Notes under the pieces: generated by a model | Databases searched by the model: none | The model's input: only the letters and a program-made list of their open reading frames with translations | What the model was told of the DNA's origin: nothing | Assembly: GCA_002716765.1 (NCBI GenBank) | Contig: PBBY01000012.1 | Coordinates: forward strand, 18,321-82,320 | DNA from: Candidatus Magasanikiibacteriota bacterium | GTDB lineage: Bacteria; Patescibacteriota; Patescibacteriia; Magasanikbacterales; UBA922 | Reading direction: 5' to 3' | DNA length: 64,000 nt | Program-made: the position numbers and the translations under genes | Shown here: one piece after another, positions 55,501-64,000 of the stretch | Layout: each line of letters starts with the position of its first letter | How positions within the stretch are numbered: position 1 is the first letter of the stretch

Positions 55501-56574
55501 TTATACAATTACACCCCCACCCAAACACCTGTTGTCTTTATACAAAACAGCAAATTGACCAGGTGTCATAGCAACTTGCGGCGTATGAAACTGCAATATG
55601 TGAGTGTTATTTTTTTTAAAAAGTGTACAAGTTTGTAACACTTGTCTGTGCCGTGTCCTTACCTTACATTGTAATGGAAATTCCGGCTCTTGTCCACTTA
55701 TGTAGTGCATGTCTACCACTTCTTGCTCTTTTACAAATCGTGCAGGATCATTTTTATGACCAACAATAAGCTCCTGTGTTTGTATATTTTTTTTAATAAC
55801 AAAAAATGGATCGTTACCACCATCTTGTGCAAACCCGTGGCGTTGACCAACAGTGTAAAATGCCACACCGTCATGCGTACCAATAACCTCCCCTGCTGTT
55901 GTTACTATACTTCCCGGACACTTTGGAATTTTTTGTTGCAAGAAATCTTTCATTGATACCTTTCCAATAAAACATATCCCCATACTCTCTTCTTTTTCTG
56001 CCGTTGGAAGATGTGCTTTTTTTGCTATTTCTCTTATGGTATTTTTTGTGTATTCCCCAAGTGGAAATAACGTGGAAGACAGCTGTTCTTGATTCAATTG
56101 GTGTAAAAAATATGTTTGATCTTTGTTTGTGTCCTTTGCATTCAATAATTCATATGTCCCGGTTTTTGTTTGTTCTATTTTAGCATAATGACCTGTTGCA
56201 ATAATATCAAAACCAAGTTCTTGTGCTTTTTTACGCCAAAAACCAAATTTTATCCATTTGTTGCATAATATATCTGGATTTGGTGTTCTTCCTTTTGTGT
56301 ATTCAGAAAACATATACTCCACAACATTGTCTTTGTATTCATTTTCAAAGTCTAGTGTAATAAGCGGAATACCAATATGTGCTGCAACTCGCTGCGCGTC
56401 TCGCCACTCTTCTTTCCACGTACAAACACCACCGACGTCTTTACTGTCACTCCATTGCTTCATATACGCACCAACAACCGTATACCCGTCTTGAACCAAA
56501 AGATGTGCAGCCACCGAAGAGTCCACACCACCAGAAAGACAAACCAATACTTTTGCGTCTTTTTTTCCTTTCAT
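55501..56574 (-). CDS. mnmA: tRNA 2-thiouridine(34) synthase MnmA
   Basis: PP-loop VLVCLSGGVDSSVAA, followed by TPNPDILCN and ATGHYA. Confidence 0.92.
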   Translation of the reverse strand: MKGKKDAKVLVCLSGGVDSSVAAHLLVQDGYTVVGAYMKQWSDSKDVGGVCTWKEEWRDAQRVAAHIGIPLITLDFENEYKDNVVEYMFSEYTKGRTPNPDILCNKWIKFGFWRKKAQELGFDIIATGHYAKIEQTKTGTYELLNAKDTNKDQTYFLHQLNQEQLSSTLFPLGEYTKNTIREIAKKAHLPTAEKEESMGICFIGKVSMKDFLQQKIPKCPGSIVTTAGEVIGTHDGVAFYTVGQRHGFAQDGGNDPFFVIKKNIQTQELIVGHKNDPARFVKEQEVVDMHYISGQEPEFPLQCKVRTRHRQVLQTCTLFKKNNTHILQFHTPQVAMTPGQFAVLYKDNRCLGGGVIV

Positions 56575-56622
56575 ATACTACGGAGTGTATCAGAAATAGA
56601 GAAAAAATCAAGGTTCCGTAAT

Positions 56623-56650
56623 AAAAAAGACGCTTACTCAGCGTCTTTTA
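56623..56650 (-). terminator. Intrinsic terminator downstream of the SPFH gene
   Basis: Sequence aaaaaAGACGCTtactcAGCGTCTttt: a perfect stem with A-run and T-run flanks. Confidence 0.65.
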
Positions 56651-56654
56651 TTTA

Positions 56655-57719
56655 TTACAACCCTCTAAAAAGAGGTACGCCGCTATTAGGGCTTGTTGGG
56701 ACATAAATAGTGCCTTCTGTGTCTTTAAGATTTTGGATGTAGAGATATTGCAAATATTTTGGTGTAAGACTTTCATTAATAATTTGCTGCGCATCTCGCT
56801 GACCACGTGCAGCCACTCTTTTTCGCTCAGCCTCTTTTTCTTCTTTTTGTAACAAAAAGTCATACCGCTGCGCATCTTGTTCTGCAGATAGCTTTAACTC
56901 AATACTGTCGGCTAAATTACTTGGCAACTGGACATTTCTCAATAACACCTCTTGGACAATAATACCACGTGGCTCTAATTGTTCTTTGAGTTTTGTTAAA
57001 ATATCCAAAGATGTCTGTGTTCGCTTTTCTGAATAAATATCTTTTGCATCATACAGTGCAATAGACTCTCGTATAACACTTCTAATTTGTGGTCGAATAA
57101 TAACATCATCGTAGCGTAATCCCACATCCCGGTACACATCAGAAGCACTATCTTCTACTAAATTATATAATACTGTCATATCTAGCCCAACTTCCAGACC
57201 CTCTTTTGTTAAGGCAGAAATAGAGTCATCTCCTGTTTTTTTTCCTTCACCACTTACAATACTCATTGTATAGTCCTGTGTTCGTATGTTCATAGGTGTT
57301 ATACGAACAAACGGATTCTTCAAATGAAACCCGGAAGAAAACTCCCTATCTTTTACCTTTCCAAATAATGACTGCACACCTGTTTCTCCAGCATCCACCA
57401 CGACCCACGCAGTGCTTGCAAGAAACAAAAGAAAGAGAAAAATAACACTACTTATTGCAGCCTGCTTTATTTGTTTTGTTTTTCTTGGATCTATTGTGTC
57501 CATACCAGTATATATATTAGATGATGAATGAGACTTATTCACTGAATTAAACAGCGAACGAAATGCGTGTGTCTGGATTGGATTATTTTTAAAATAGGAT
57601 ATCACAGAAAACACACCAAAAAGAACTAAAAGACCTATACGGGTTATAAGACCAAAGATAATTAATCCTAATCCTATAATAAGTTGTCTATGTTCTTCAA
57701 AATTATTTCTTCTGCGCAT
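56655..57719 (-). CDS. SPFH/Band-7 (prohibitin/HflKC-like) membrane protein
   Basis: Has N-terminal TM helices and an SPFH core (VVVDAGETGV...ISALTKEGLEVGLDMTVLY). A coiled-coil tail follows (AEQDAQRYDFLLQKEEKEAERKR). Confidence 0.8.
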   Translation of the reverse strand: MRRRNNFEEHRQLIIGLGLIIFGLITRIGLLVLFGVFSVISYFKNNPIQTHAFRSLFNSVNKSHSSSNIYTGMDTIDPRKTKQIKQAAISSVIFLFLLFLASTAWVVVDAGETGVQSLFGKVKDREFSSGFHLKNPFVRITPMNIRTQDYTMSIVSGEGKKTGDDSISALTKEGLEVGLDMTVLYNLVEDSASDVYRDVGLRYDDVIIRPQIRSVIRESIALYDAKDIYSEKRTQTSLDILTKLKEQLEPRGIIVQEVLLRNVQLPSNLADSIELKLSAEQDAQRYDFLLQKEEKEAERKRVAARGQRDAQQIINESLTPKYLQYLYIQNLKDTEGTIYVPTSPNSGVPLFRGL

Positions 57720-57825
57720 ACAATTGTTTATGTATTACAGGATACCACATTCCTTTGTTTATGCAAATAGCAATGAAAAAAAGAAATCATTCGTGTGAAA
57801 TCCAAAAGGAAGATTGCATAACTTA

Positions 57826-59658
57826 TTATTGAAGTGCACTTGGTGAATTATTCTTTTGATGAGACGGTTTACCCCTTCTTCTTCTTCTTTTTCCCCCACT
57901 ACGCTTTTGTTGCGTGTCACCACCCTCGTTTTTGGCCGGTCTATTATTTTGTGGTTTTTTTGCTAAATTTTGCAATGATACTGTAGAGGTTTGTTTTTGT
58001 GTATTGTTTTTTTGTGGTTCAGTCCGTTGTTTTCTATTTTCTTTGTGTGTACCAAACGTATGTTGCGTTCTTTCTACTGGATGATTTGACCCAACCGTTT
58101 GTTTTGGTTTAGGACCACTGTCTGTATGTTTTTTTGGCAAAGAAGTAAATGAAATCGATGGTGTATTTTTTTGTGGCAGTACAGACCTTACCGAGTCTTT
58201 ACGCAGTTGATTAAAATCAAATGATGGTGATTTTGTTCCCTGCCTCTTATTTCTTGACTGAAGCTCTCTTTTTGGATCAAAAGATTTCTTTGTATATCCA
58301 TCACGCCCTTTTTTTGGATCTTCTTTTTTACCGCCCTTTCCAACATCCTCACTCCACTGATTCACGACTGCCTCTATGTCTGCTCGTGCACCAGCATACT
58401 GTTCCCTTGACCGATCCACCACTTTTTGAAAAGACCCCGTTGGTGAACCAATCGGCGGTAAAGTACCAGAGCTAAACGGTGCCGAAGCGACCCCATCTAT
58501 CATGAGTTTTAAAATAATATTAAACTTCCCCAAATTAACAAGGTCTTCTTCTACAAATTGTGGAGTAAACTCTTTTACTAAAGAATCTGCATCAGCAGAC
58601 CCAACACGAAAAGACACGAGTGTTCCCACATTTCCAAAAACAGCATCTGCCACCACTTCGTCCAACTGTGCCACATATTGATGTGCCATAATCAATCCCA
58701 AACGATATTTCCGTGCCTCGGACAAAATACTAGCAAAAGATGGTGTGGCAAAATTCTGAAACTCATCAACATACAAAAAGAAATCTTTTCTTTCTGACTC
58801 AAGTTGATCTACCCTTTCCATTGCCGCAAGCTGGATTTTGGTAATTATCATTCCCCCAAGCAAAGAACTATTATCTTCTCCCAAACGCCCCTTTGATAAA
58901 TTTACTACAACTATTTTTTTACTATCCATTGCCTCACGAATATTAAAGCCAGATTTTTCTTGTGCCACCATATTTCTAATAATACTGGTAGACAAAAACT
59001 GCCCCACCTTGTTTTGAACTGGGGCTACTGCCTCTTTTGCATATCGCGGCTCCCACTTGTCATACTCATCGTGCCAAAATCGTTTTACCATTGGGTCAAC
59101 CATTTGACTTATAATACTTTTTCTATATGTTTTATCGGCATACATTCTGTTAATACCCATAAGGGTTGAACCAGGCACCTCTACCAAAGAAGTAAGTGTG
59201 TTTGCCAAAATATACTCCATTCTACTCGACCAAACATCTGGCCATATTTTTTTAAATGTTGCCATAAGTCCGCCGACCACCAAATGCTTTTGATCTTCGT
59301 TTACTACCTCTAAGATATTAAACCCAACAGGATGCGCTTTGTCTGCTGGGTTAAAGTAAATAACATCATCTATACGATTTTCTGGTATAAAATCAATAAT
59401 ATTTTCTGCAAAGTCTCCATGGGGATCCACCAAACCAACACCATGACCATTGTAAATATCTTGTAAGATCATGTTTTCCATAAGTGTGGATTTTCCCATT
59501 CCAGTTTTTCCAATAATATACATGTGTCGTCTTCTGTCGTCTGTCTTTATACCAAACTTTTTCATTTTTCCACGAAAATTAATTTGACCAAAAAGACATA
59601 GATCTTGTTTTACTCCATCTTGTTTTTGACCTAATTTTTTTAGTTGTGAAGCCACCAT
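57826..59658 (-). CDS. T4CP/TraD/VirD4-FtsK-HerA-superfamily P-loop ATPase without TM segments, with a long basic disordered C-terminal tail
   Basis: Walker A is IIGKTGMGKST and Walker B is FFLYVDEFQNF. RLGLIMAHQYVAQL is also present. The last ~170 aa are K/R/Q/P/S-rich. Confidence 0.7.
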   Translation of the reverse strand: MVASQLKKLGQKQDGVKQDLCLFGQINFRGKMKKFGIKTDDRRRHMYIIGKTGMGKSTLMENMILQDIYNGHGVGLVDPHGDFAENIIDFIPENRIDDVIYFNPADKAHPVGFNILEVVNEDQKHLVVGGLMATFKKIWPDVWSSRMEYILANTLTSLVEVPGSTLMGINRMYADKTYRKSIISQMVDPMVKRFWHDEYDKWEPRYAKEAVAPVQNKVGQFLSTSIIRNMVAQEKSGFNIREAMDSKKIVVVNLSKGRLGEDNSSLLGGMIITKIQLAAMERVDQLESERKDFFLYVDEFQNFATPSFASILSEARKYRLGLIMAHQYVAQLDEVVADAVFGNVGTLVSFRVGSADADSLVKEFTPQFVEEDLVNLGKFNIILKLMIDGVASAPFSSGTLPPIGSPTGSFQKVVDRSREQYAGARADIEAVVNQWSEDVGKGGKKEDPKKGRDGYTKKSFDPKRELQSRNKRQGTKSPSFDFNQLRKDSVRSVLPQKNTPSISFTSLPKKHTDSGPKPKQTVGSNHPVERTQHTFGTHKENRKQRTEPQKNNTQKQTSTVSLQNLAKKPQNNRPAKNEGGDTQQKRSGGKRRRRRGKPSHQKNNSPSALQ

Positions 59659-59721
59659 ATGTTCTTATTATTATATCTTTAGTATAACATATTTTTGACA
59701 CAAGACTAAAGCGGTGTTTGA

Positions 59722-60804
59722 TTACGTATTTTTTTTAGACAACAAACTATCTAACAGAGATTCCACATCCTCTTTTTTAGTCATAGACAGTGCTTGAAAA
59801 AGAGCCTTTCCGATACTTGTTCGTTTTTTTTCACTATCTAAAAGGTTGGTAATATGTCGTACCAAGATTTGACTCTCTGTGTTTTCAGAAACAGTGATAA
59901 GCGCTTTTTTTTCTGCAAAGTAAGCGGCATTTTTTTCTTGATGCCCCGGTTTTGGTATACAGATTGCTGCTTTTTCTAGTGCAGCTAACTCAGTTATTGT
60001 TCCAAACCCCCCTCTAAAAATTACAATGTCGGCAATAGCGTAAAGATGGTGAATATTTTCAGATAAAAACTCATATGGATGATACCATGAATATTGTTTT
60101 TTAAGATTTACCACCTGTTTTGACCCGCGGTTTTTTCCAGTAAGGTGTACCAACTGACACTTCCCTATTAATTGAGGTAAAACATCATAAATCATTTCAT
60201 TAAGTTTTATTGCCCCTGTTCCACCACCAGTAACAAAAACCACGGGGATATTTTTTTGCAATCTAAATATTTCTCTTGCCTTGTTTTTATCTCCGGTATA
60301 AATATTTTTACGGACAGGATTCCCCAAAACACATACTTCTTTTTTAGGGAATTTCTTTTGTAGCTCTGAAACAGAAACAGTAACACATGATGCAAATGGT
60401 GCAAGTAATTTATTTGCCAATCCAACATGAATATCTTGCTGATGAACCCATGTTGGGATGCCCAAAATTTTTGCCGCCACATGAAGTGGAAAAGATACAA
60501 AGCCACCAGCCGAGATACAGACATCTGGAGCATGTTTTTTTAATAAATAGAGTGACTGTGCTATGCCGACAATAATTCCCACCCCATCTAAAACAGTTGT
60601 TATAGAAAAATACCGCCGAAGTTTACCACAATATAGAGGAAAAAATGGTATGTGCTGTTTTTTTACTATGTCATTTTCTATACCACGTTTTGTGCCACAC
60701 CAAAAAAATGTTGTATTGTTATACTTTTGCTCAATATGCTCTTTTATTGCCAAAAGCGGTATAACAGAACCGAGCGTACCGCCTCCAGAGAAAAAAATTT
60801 TCAT
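59722..60804 (-). CDS. murG: UDP-GlcNAc:lipid I GlcNAc transferase MurG
   Basis: Reads KIFFSGGGTLGSVIPLLAI...ISAGGFVSFP...VTGGGTGA...RGGFGTITELA. Confidence 0.9.
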   Translation of the reverse strand: MKIFFSGGGTLGSVIPLLAIKEHIEQKYNNTTFFWCGTKRGIENDIVKKQHIPFFPLYCGKLRRYFSITTVLDGVGIIVGIAQSLYLLKKHAPDVCISAGGFVSFPLHVAAKILGIPTWVHQQDIHVGLANKLLAPFASCVTVSVSELQKKFPKKEVCVLGNPVRKNIYTGDKNKAREIFRLQKNIPVVFVTGGGTGAIKLNEMIYDVLPQLIGKCQLVHLTGKNRGSKQVVNLKKQYSWYHPYEFLSENIHHLYAIADIVIFRGGFGTITELAALEKAAICIPKPGHQEKNAAYFAEKKALITVSENTESQILVRHITNLLDSEKKRTSIGKALFQALSMTKKEDVESLLDSLLSKKNT

Positions 60805-60824
60805 ACAAAATACTTTATGTATCT

Positions 60825-61937
60825 TTATCTTTGTTTACTTACGTTGAGTACCACACCAACACCAATTAATGAAATTACCAAAGCTGTTCCACCATGACTC
60901 ACAAATGGGAGTGGCACACCGGTAATTGGCATTAACCCAAGCATTGCACCAATATTAAAAAAAGATTGTGTAATAAACCAAATAACAATACCAGAAACAA
61001 TCAATATTCCAAAATTATCTGGCGCAGCTTGCGCTATACGAATACACCTAATGGTGATAGCAAGAAGTAAAACTACCAACAAAAGACTTACAACAAACCC
61101 CATTTCTTCCGCCATCACCGCAAAAATACTATCTGCATGCACTTCTGGTAAATATTGAAATTTTTGCACCGAATGACCCAATCCTTTGCCAAACCACCCA
61201 CCTGAACCAATCGCTAAATATGCCTGATTAATATGATACCCAATACCCTGTGGATCAAGTTCTGGGTGTAAAAAGGTAGTAAACCGAGCGGCTCTATATG
61301 GTGCAATAAGAATTAACACAAAAAAGGCAGCCACAGCCAAAAGTGCCAATACACCTAAGTGGCTCCGTTTTGCGCCAGAGACAAAGAGTAGTCCAAAAAC
61401 CAAGACAAATAATATTGATGCGGTTCCAATATCTGGTTGCAAGATCACTAAACCAACCGGCACCAAACCCAAACATAATGCGGGCAAAAACCCTGTTTTT
61501 AGTTCGGTAACAGACTTACCAAGTTTTGCTAAATATGTTGCAAGAAAAAAAACAACACCCAACTTTGCAAGCTCCGCTGGCTGAAAAGAAAAGCCGCCAA
61601 AAGTGATCCAACTTCTGGCACCAGTATTGAACGAAGAGCCTATTCCAGGAATAAGCACCAAAACAAGAAGAGCAAAAGATCCGATTGCGATAAACCATGT
61701 AATCTTTTTTATCCAAGTATAGGGTATTTTTATTAAAAAAAATACCGCAAGCACACCAGGTATAGCACCATACAGTAGTTGTCTTTTAATAAAAAAGTAC
61801 TGATCACCAAACCTATCATACCCAATAACAGCACTTGCCGAAGCAAGCATAATAAGTCCAAAGACTAACAATACTCCAAAATAAGACAATAAGACGTAGT
61901 CTATTTCTTTTTGTTTTTTAGTAAAAGGAAAGTTCAT
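60825..61937 (-). CDS. ftsW: SEDS-family peptidoglycan polymerase FtsW/RodA
   Basis: Ten-TM protein with FQPAELAKL...PDIGTA...LPEVHADSIFAVMAEEMG...PLPFVSHGGTA. The start is the ATG at 61937 or the GTG at 61946. Confidence 0.88.
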   Translation of the reverse strand: MNFPFTKKQKEIDYVLLSYFGVLLVFGLIMLASASAVIGYDRFGDQYFFIKRQLLYGAIPGVLAVFFLIKIPYTWIKKITWFIAIGSFALLVLVLIPGIGSSFNTGARSWITFGGFSFQPAELAKLGVVFFLATYLAKLGKSVTELKTGFLPALCLGLVPVGLVILQPDIGTASILFVLVFGLLFVSGAKRSHLGVLALLAVAAFFVLILIAPYRAARFTTFLHPELDPQGIGYHINQAYLAIGSGGWFGKGLGHSVQKFQYLPEVHADSIFAVMAEEMGFVVSLLLVVLLLAITIRCIRIAQAAPDNFGILIVSGIVIWFITQSFFNIGAMLGLMPITGVPLPFVSHGGTALVISLIGVGVVLNVSKQR

Positions 61938-61945
61938 GAAATACA

Positions 61946-62308
61946 CTACACATTAAGAAACACGAGCAAGACAGCGCTCATAACCAAAAATATATGGCAA
62001 AAAAATGTTACCAAAGCAAGTACTTGGCTTGTAAGTTTATCTTTTTTATACAAAAACATACCTAACAAGAGATTTACAATAAGAATAATAATACCAATTA
62101 AAGGTAAATAAAAAACGGCATACCAGGGTCCGGTTAGATCTACACCAAACAAAACATTATGGTGCAAAAATATGGGCACTTCCTGTGGGCGAACATACCA
62201 AGAAAGCCATAAAATAATACCAAAATTACACAGCAAAGAAAGCCCAAATAGTGTCTTTATAGGCTTAAGTCGTACATACAACTTAAATGGATATAAGTCT
62301 TTTTTCAT
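61946..62308 (-). CDS. Small 3-TM membrane protein, hypothetical; first gene of the ftsW-murG transcription unit
   Basis: 120 aa hydrophobic ORF whose stop abuts the ftsW start. I recognise no motif. Confidence 0.5.
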   Translation of the reverse strand: MKKDLYPFKLYVRLKPIKTLFGLSLLCNFGIILWLSWYVRPQEVPIFLHHNVLFGVDLTGPWYAVFYLPLIGIIILIVNLLLGMFLYKKDKLTSQVLALVTFFCHIFLVMSAVLLVFLNV

Positions 62309-62361
62309 ATATATAACATTCTTACCCTACATACTTAAAAGTATACTCTAGCAGCCCCCTA

Positions 62362-62390
62362 TTGACAAGTAGAGGTAATGTGCGTATACT
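62362..62390 (+). promoter_or_regulatory. Consensus-like sigma70 promoter of rpmA
   Basis: TTGACA (62362-62367), a 17-nt spacer, then TATACT (62385-62390). Confidence 0.65.
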
Positions 62391-62408
62391 ATAGCAACAA
62401 AGTATATT

Positions 62409-62440
62409 GGGTTTTATGAATTCCATAAAAACCCTATTTT
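62409..62440 (+). promoter_or_regulatory. 5'-UTR hairpin plus U-tract in the rpmA leader
   Basis: Sequence GGGTTTTATGaattcCATAAAAACCC followed by TATTTT: a 10-bp stem with one bulge. It begins about 12 nt after the predicted start site and about 55 nt before the ATG. Confidence 0.45.
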
Positions 62441-62463
62441 CACACCCTTAACGTAATACCAAT

Positions 62464-62742
62464 ATGGCAAAGAAAAAAGCCGGTGGTTCAGCCAAGAATT
62501 TGAGAGATTCAAATCCTAAGTATCTTGGTGTAAAAACAGGTGATGGTCAAACAGTAAAATCTGGCATGGTGCTTGTGCGACAACGTGGTACAAGAATCCA
62601 CCCCGGAATACATGTTAAAAAAGGCAAAGACGATACACTTTTTGCAACCACAGCCGGCATAGTAAAATTTACCACAAAGAAAAAGAAGAAGTTTGACGGA
62701 AGACTAAAGCAAACAAAGTTTGTAAATATCATCCAAAAATAA
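62464..62742 (+). CDS. rpmA: 50S ribosomal protein L27
   Basis: Reads [46 protein letters not shown]. Confidence 0.95.
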   Translation: MAKKKAGGSAKNLRDSNPKYLGVKTGDGQTVKSGMVLVRQRGTRIHPGIHVKKGKDDTLFATTAGIVKFTTKKKKKFDGRLKQTKFVNIIQK

Positions 62743-62746
62743 GACA

Positions 62747-62776
62747 AAATAGCATGTATGTGCTATTTTTGTTTTT
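62747..62776 (+). terminator. Intrinsic terminator after rpmA
   Basis: Sequence AAATAGCAtgtatgTGCTATTTttgttttt: an 8-bp stem followed by a T-rich tract. Confidence 0.6.
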
Positions 62777-62821
62777 CATCCAAATAATATGTTATACTAC
62801 CGTACATAAAAAAAATGTTTT

Positions 62822-63640
62822 ATGCAGGAATTTTTTATTGGTCTCGTAAAAATTGTGGGTTTAGAACTTGTTGGAATATTCGGTATTTTTTTTCTTCTTG
62901 GTTTTATTCTTGCAAAACTCCAACAATATACAATTGCACAATATATAGATACCATTGGGTGGAAAGGTATTTATATTACCGCGTGGTTTGGTACCCCGGT
63001 TCATGAACTTGCTCATCTCTTTTTTGCCAAAATATTTAGACACAACATAGTTGGTGTACAACTCTTTAAACCAAACAAAGAAACAGGCGGACTTGGTCAT
63101 GTGGACCATTCATATGATTCTGGAAGTCTGTTTCATAATATTGGGAACTTTTTTATTGGAGCGGCCCCAATGATTTTTGGTGGTGTTATTTTGTTTGTAT
63201 TATTACACATTCTTGTACCAAACGCCAAAGAAGTATTTGCTCCACTAAACCAAGACCATTCTTCTGTTTTTTCCATACTCGTTGCAACTAGCAAAGCACT
63301 GTTTACACTTTTTTCTGTAGAAAATATGCAAAATCCATTATTTTGGATTTTTCTATATTTTTCTTTTTGTGTTTCTTCTCATATTGCACCAAGCAAACAA
63401 GACAGAAGCGGCATGTGGAAAGGATTAATTTGGATTATTATTTTACTTATATTACTTAATATTGTACCACTACTACTTGGATTTGATGTAACGCAATATG
63501 TATTTCGAATCTATAGTTCTATGAGTATTGTTATAGCTATTTTTTTATATGCCCTATGCATCTCTTTTGCACACTTTTTATTAGCATATGGTATTTTTTA
63601 CATACCAAAATACCTGAAAAAAAAGTTTCGTACACAATAA
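62822..63640 (+). CDS. Polytopic membrane protein with an HExxH motif (putative membrane zinc metallopeptidase)
   Basis: 272 aa. TPVHELAHLFFAK sits at the end of a TM helix, and there are six or more hydrophobic segments. Confidence 0.45.
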   Translation: MQEFFIGLVKIVGLELVGIFGIFFLLGFILAKLQQYTIAQYIDTIGWKGIYITAWFGTPVHELAHLFFAKIFRHNIVGVQLFKPNKETGGLGHVDHSYDSGSLFHNIGNFFIGAAPMIFGGVILFVLLHILVPNAKEVFAPLNQDHSSVFSILVATSKALFTLFSVENMQNPLFWIFLYFSFCVSSHIAPSKQDRSGMWKGLIWIIILLILLNIVPLLLGFDVTQYVFRIYSSMSIVIAIFLYALCISFAHFLLAYGIFYIPKYLKKKFRTQ

Positions 63641-63708
63641 TGATAGACAAAAAGCAGATAATACTGATAAAATAAAAGCACGTTATTAATATATTTTTTT
63701 ATCCCACT

Positions 63709-64000
63709 ATGAAAAAAATCTTCTTACCAATTTCCACACTTGCTGCGCTTTTACTTATTGGGTCTGGATGCATCCCAAGTGTTGAGCCTACACAAGACGA
63801 CATCAAAGAAAACGAAACCATAAAACAAGAAGAGCTCGTATTACAAGAAAGCGCTTCTCTTGAAGTAACAGACCAAGAAAAAAAAGATAATATCGTGATC
63901 ATAGAAAAAGTAGTCTCATCTATAGATGGATGGGTTGTCCTATACAAAGAAAACAATGGTGTTCCAAGAAACTGGATTGCCTATGCCAGTATCACAAAAG
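63709..64000 (+). CDS. Putative lipoprotein, N-terminal part; the gene runs off the window end
   Basis: My translation from the ATG at 63709 is MKKIFLPISTLAALLLIGSGCIPSVEPTQDD... It has a signal peptide and a lipobox (LIGSGC). The frame is open to the window end. Confidence 0.6.
   Translation, partial: MKKIFLPISTLAALLLIGSGCIPSVEPTQDDIKENETIKQEELVLQESASLEVTDQEKKDNIVIIEKVVSSIDGWVVLYKENNGVPRNWIAYASITK

Noticed and set aside
57826-59658. VirD4/TraD-like ATPase as evidence for an integrated conjugative element or type IV secretion system.
   Set aside because: No relaxase, VirB4, VirB6, integrase or repeat boundaries are in the neighbourhood. It is embedded between murG and an SPFH gene, so I treat it as a chromosomal ATPase (see findings).

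Overview
AT-rich, very gene-dense chromosomal segment with about 66 protein genes, most on the minus strand. Reading by eye I found no rRNA, tRNA, CRISPR array, transposase or integrase. The content fits an ultra-small Patescibacteria/CPR-type bacterium; that placement is inference from gene content only. Supporting content includes type IV pilus parts (pilin, PilD, PilM, a REC-only regulator) and a split ComEC. It also includes SecA/SecDF, a compact ribosomal-protein/rpoA cluster, a truncated AlaRS, an alpha-CTD-less RpoA and an archaeal-type UMP kinase. A glycosyltransferase/dTDP-sugar island and Ca-binding repeat surface proteins are also present. Housekeeping genes are gatCA, ligA, rpoD, dnaG, dus, hpf, glyA, tsaE, mnmA, rpmA and a HhH-GPD glycosylase. 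Several sigma70-like promoters (TTGACA-17-TATAAT type) and hairpin+T-run terminators are readable directly. The most interesting region is 19.7-27 kb. It holds a translationally coupled operon of ATP-grasp, NlpC/P60-like, mraY, ATE/Bpt-like tRNA-dependent transferase and mpl, divergent from murB. A LysW-like zinc-ribbon mini-protein and a PLP enzyme lie just beyond it. With murG-ftsW and an L,D-transpeptidase elsewhere in the window, and no murC/D/E/F or ddl in 64 kb, this suggests a non-canonical route to the murein stem peptide. Other notable items: a divergent Elp3/Trm9-like pair, SecD carrying tandem parvulin domains, a sigma factor with a histone-like basic N-terminus, and a 5x Cys-paired-repeat lipoprotein. 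There is also a TM-less T4CP/FtsK-like ATPase directly downstream of ftsW-murG. All functional calls come from reading motifs in the supplied translations; no database search was run.
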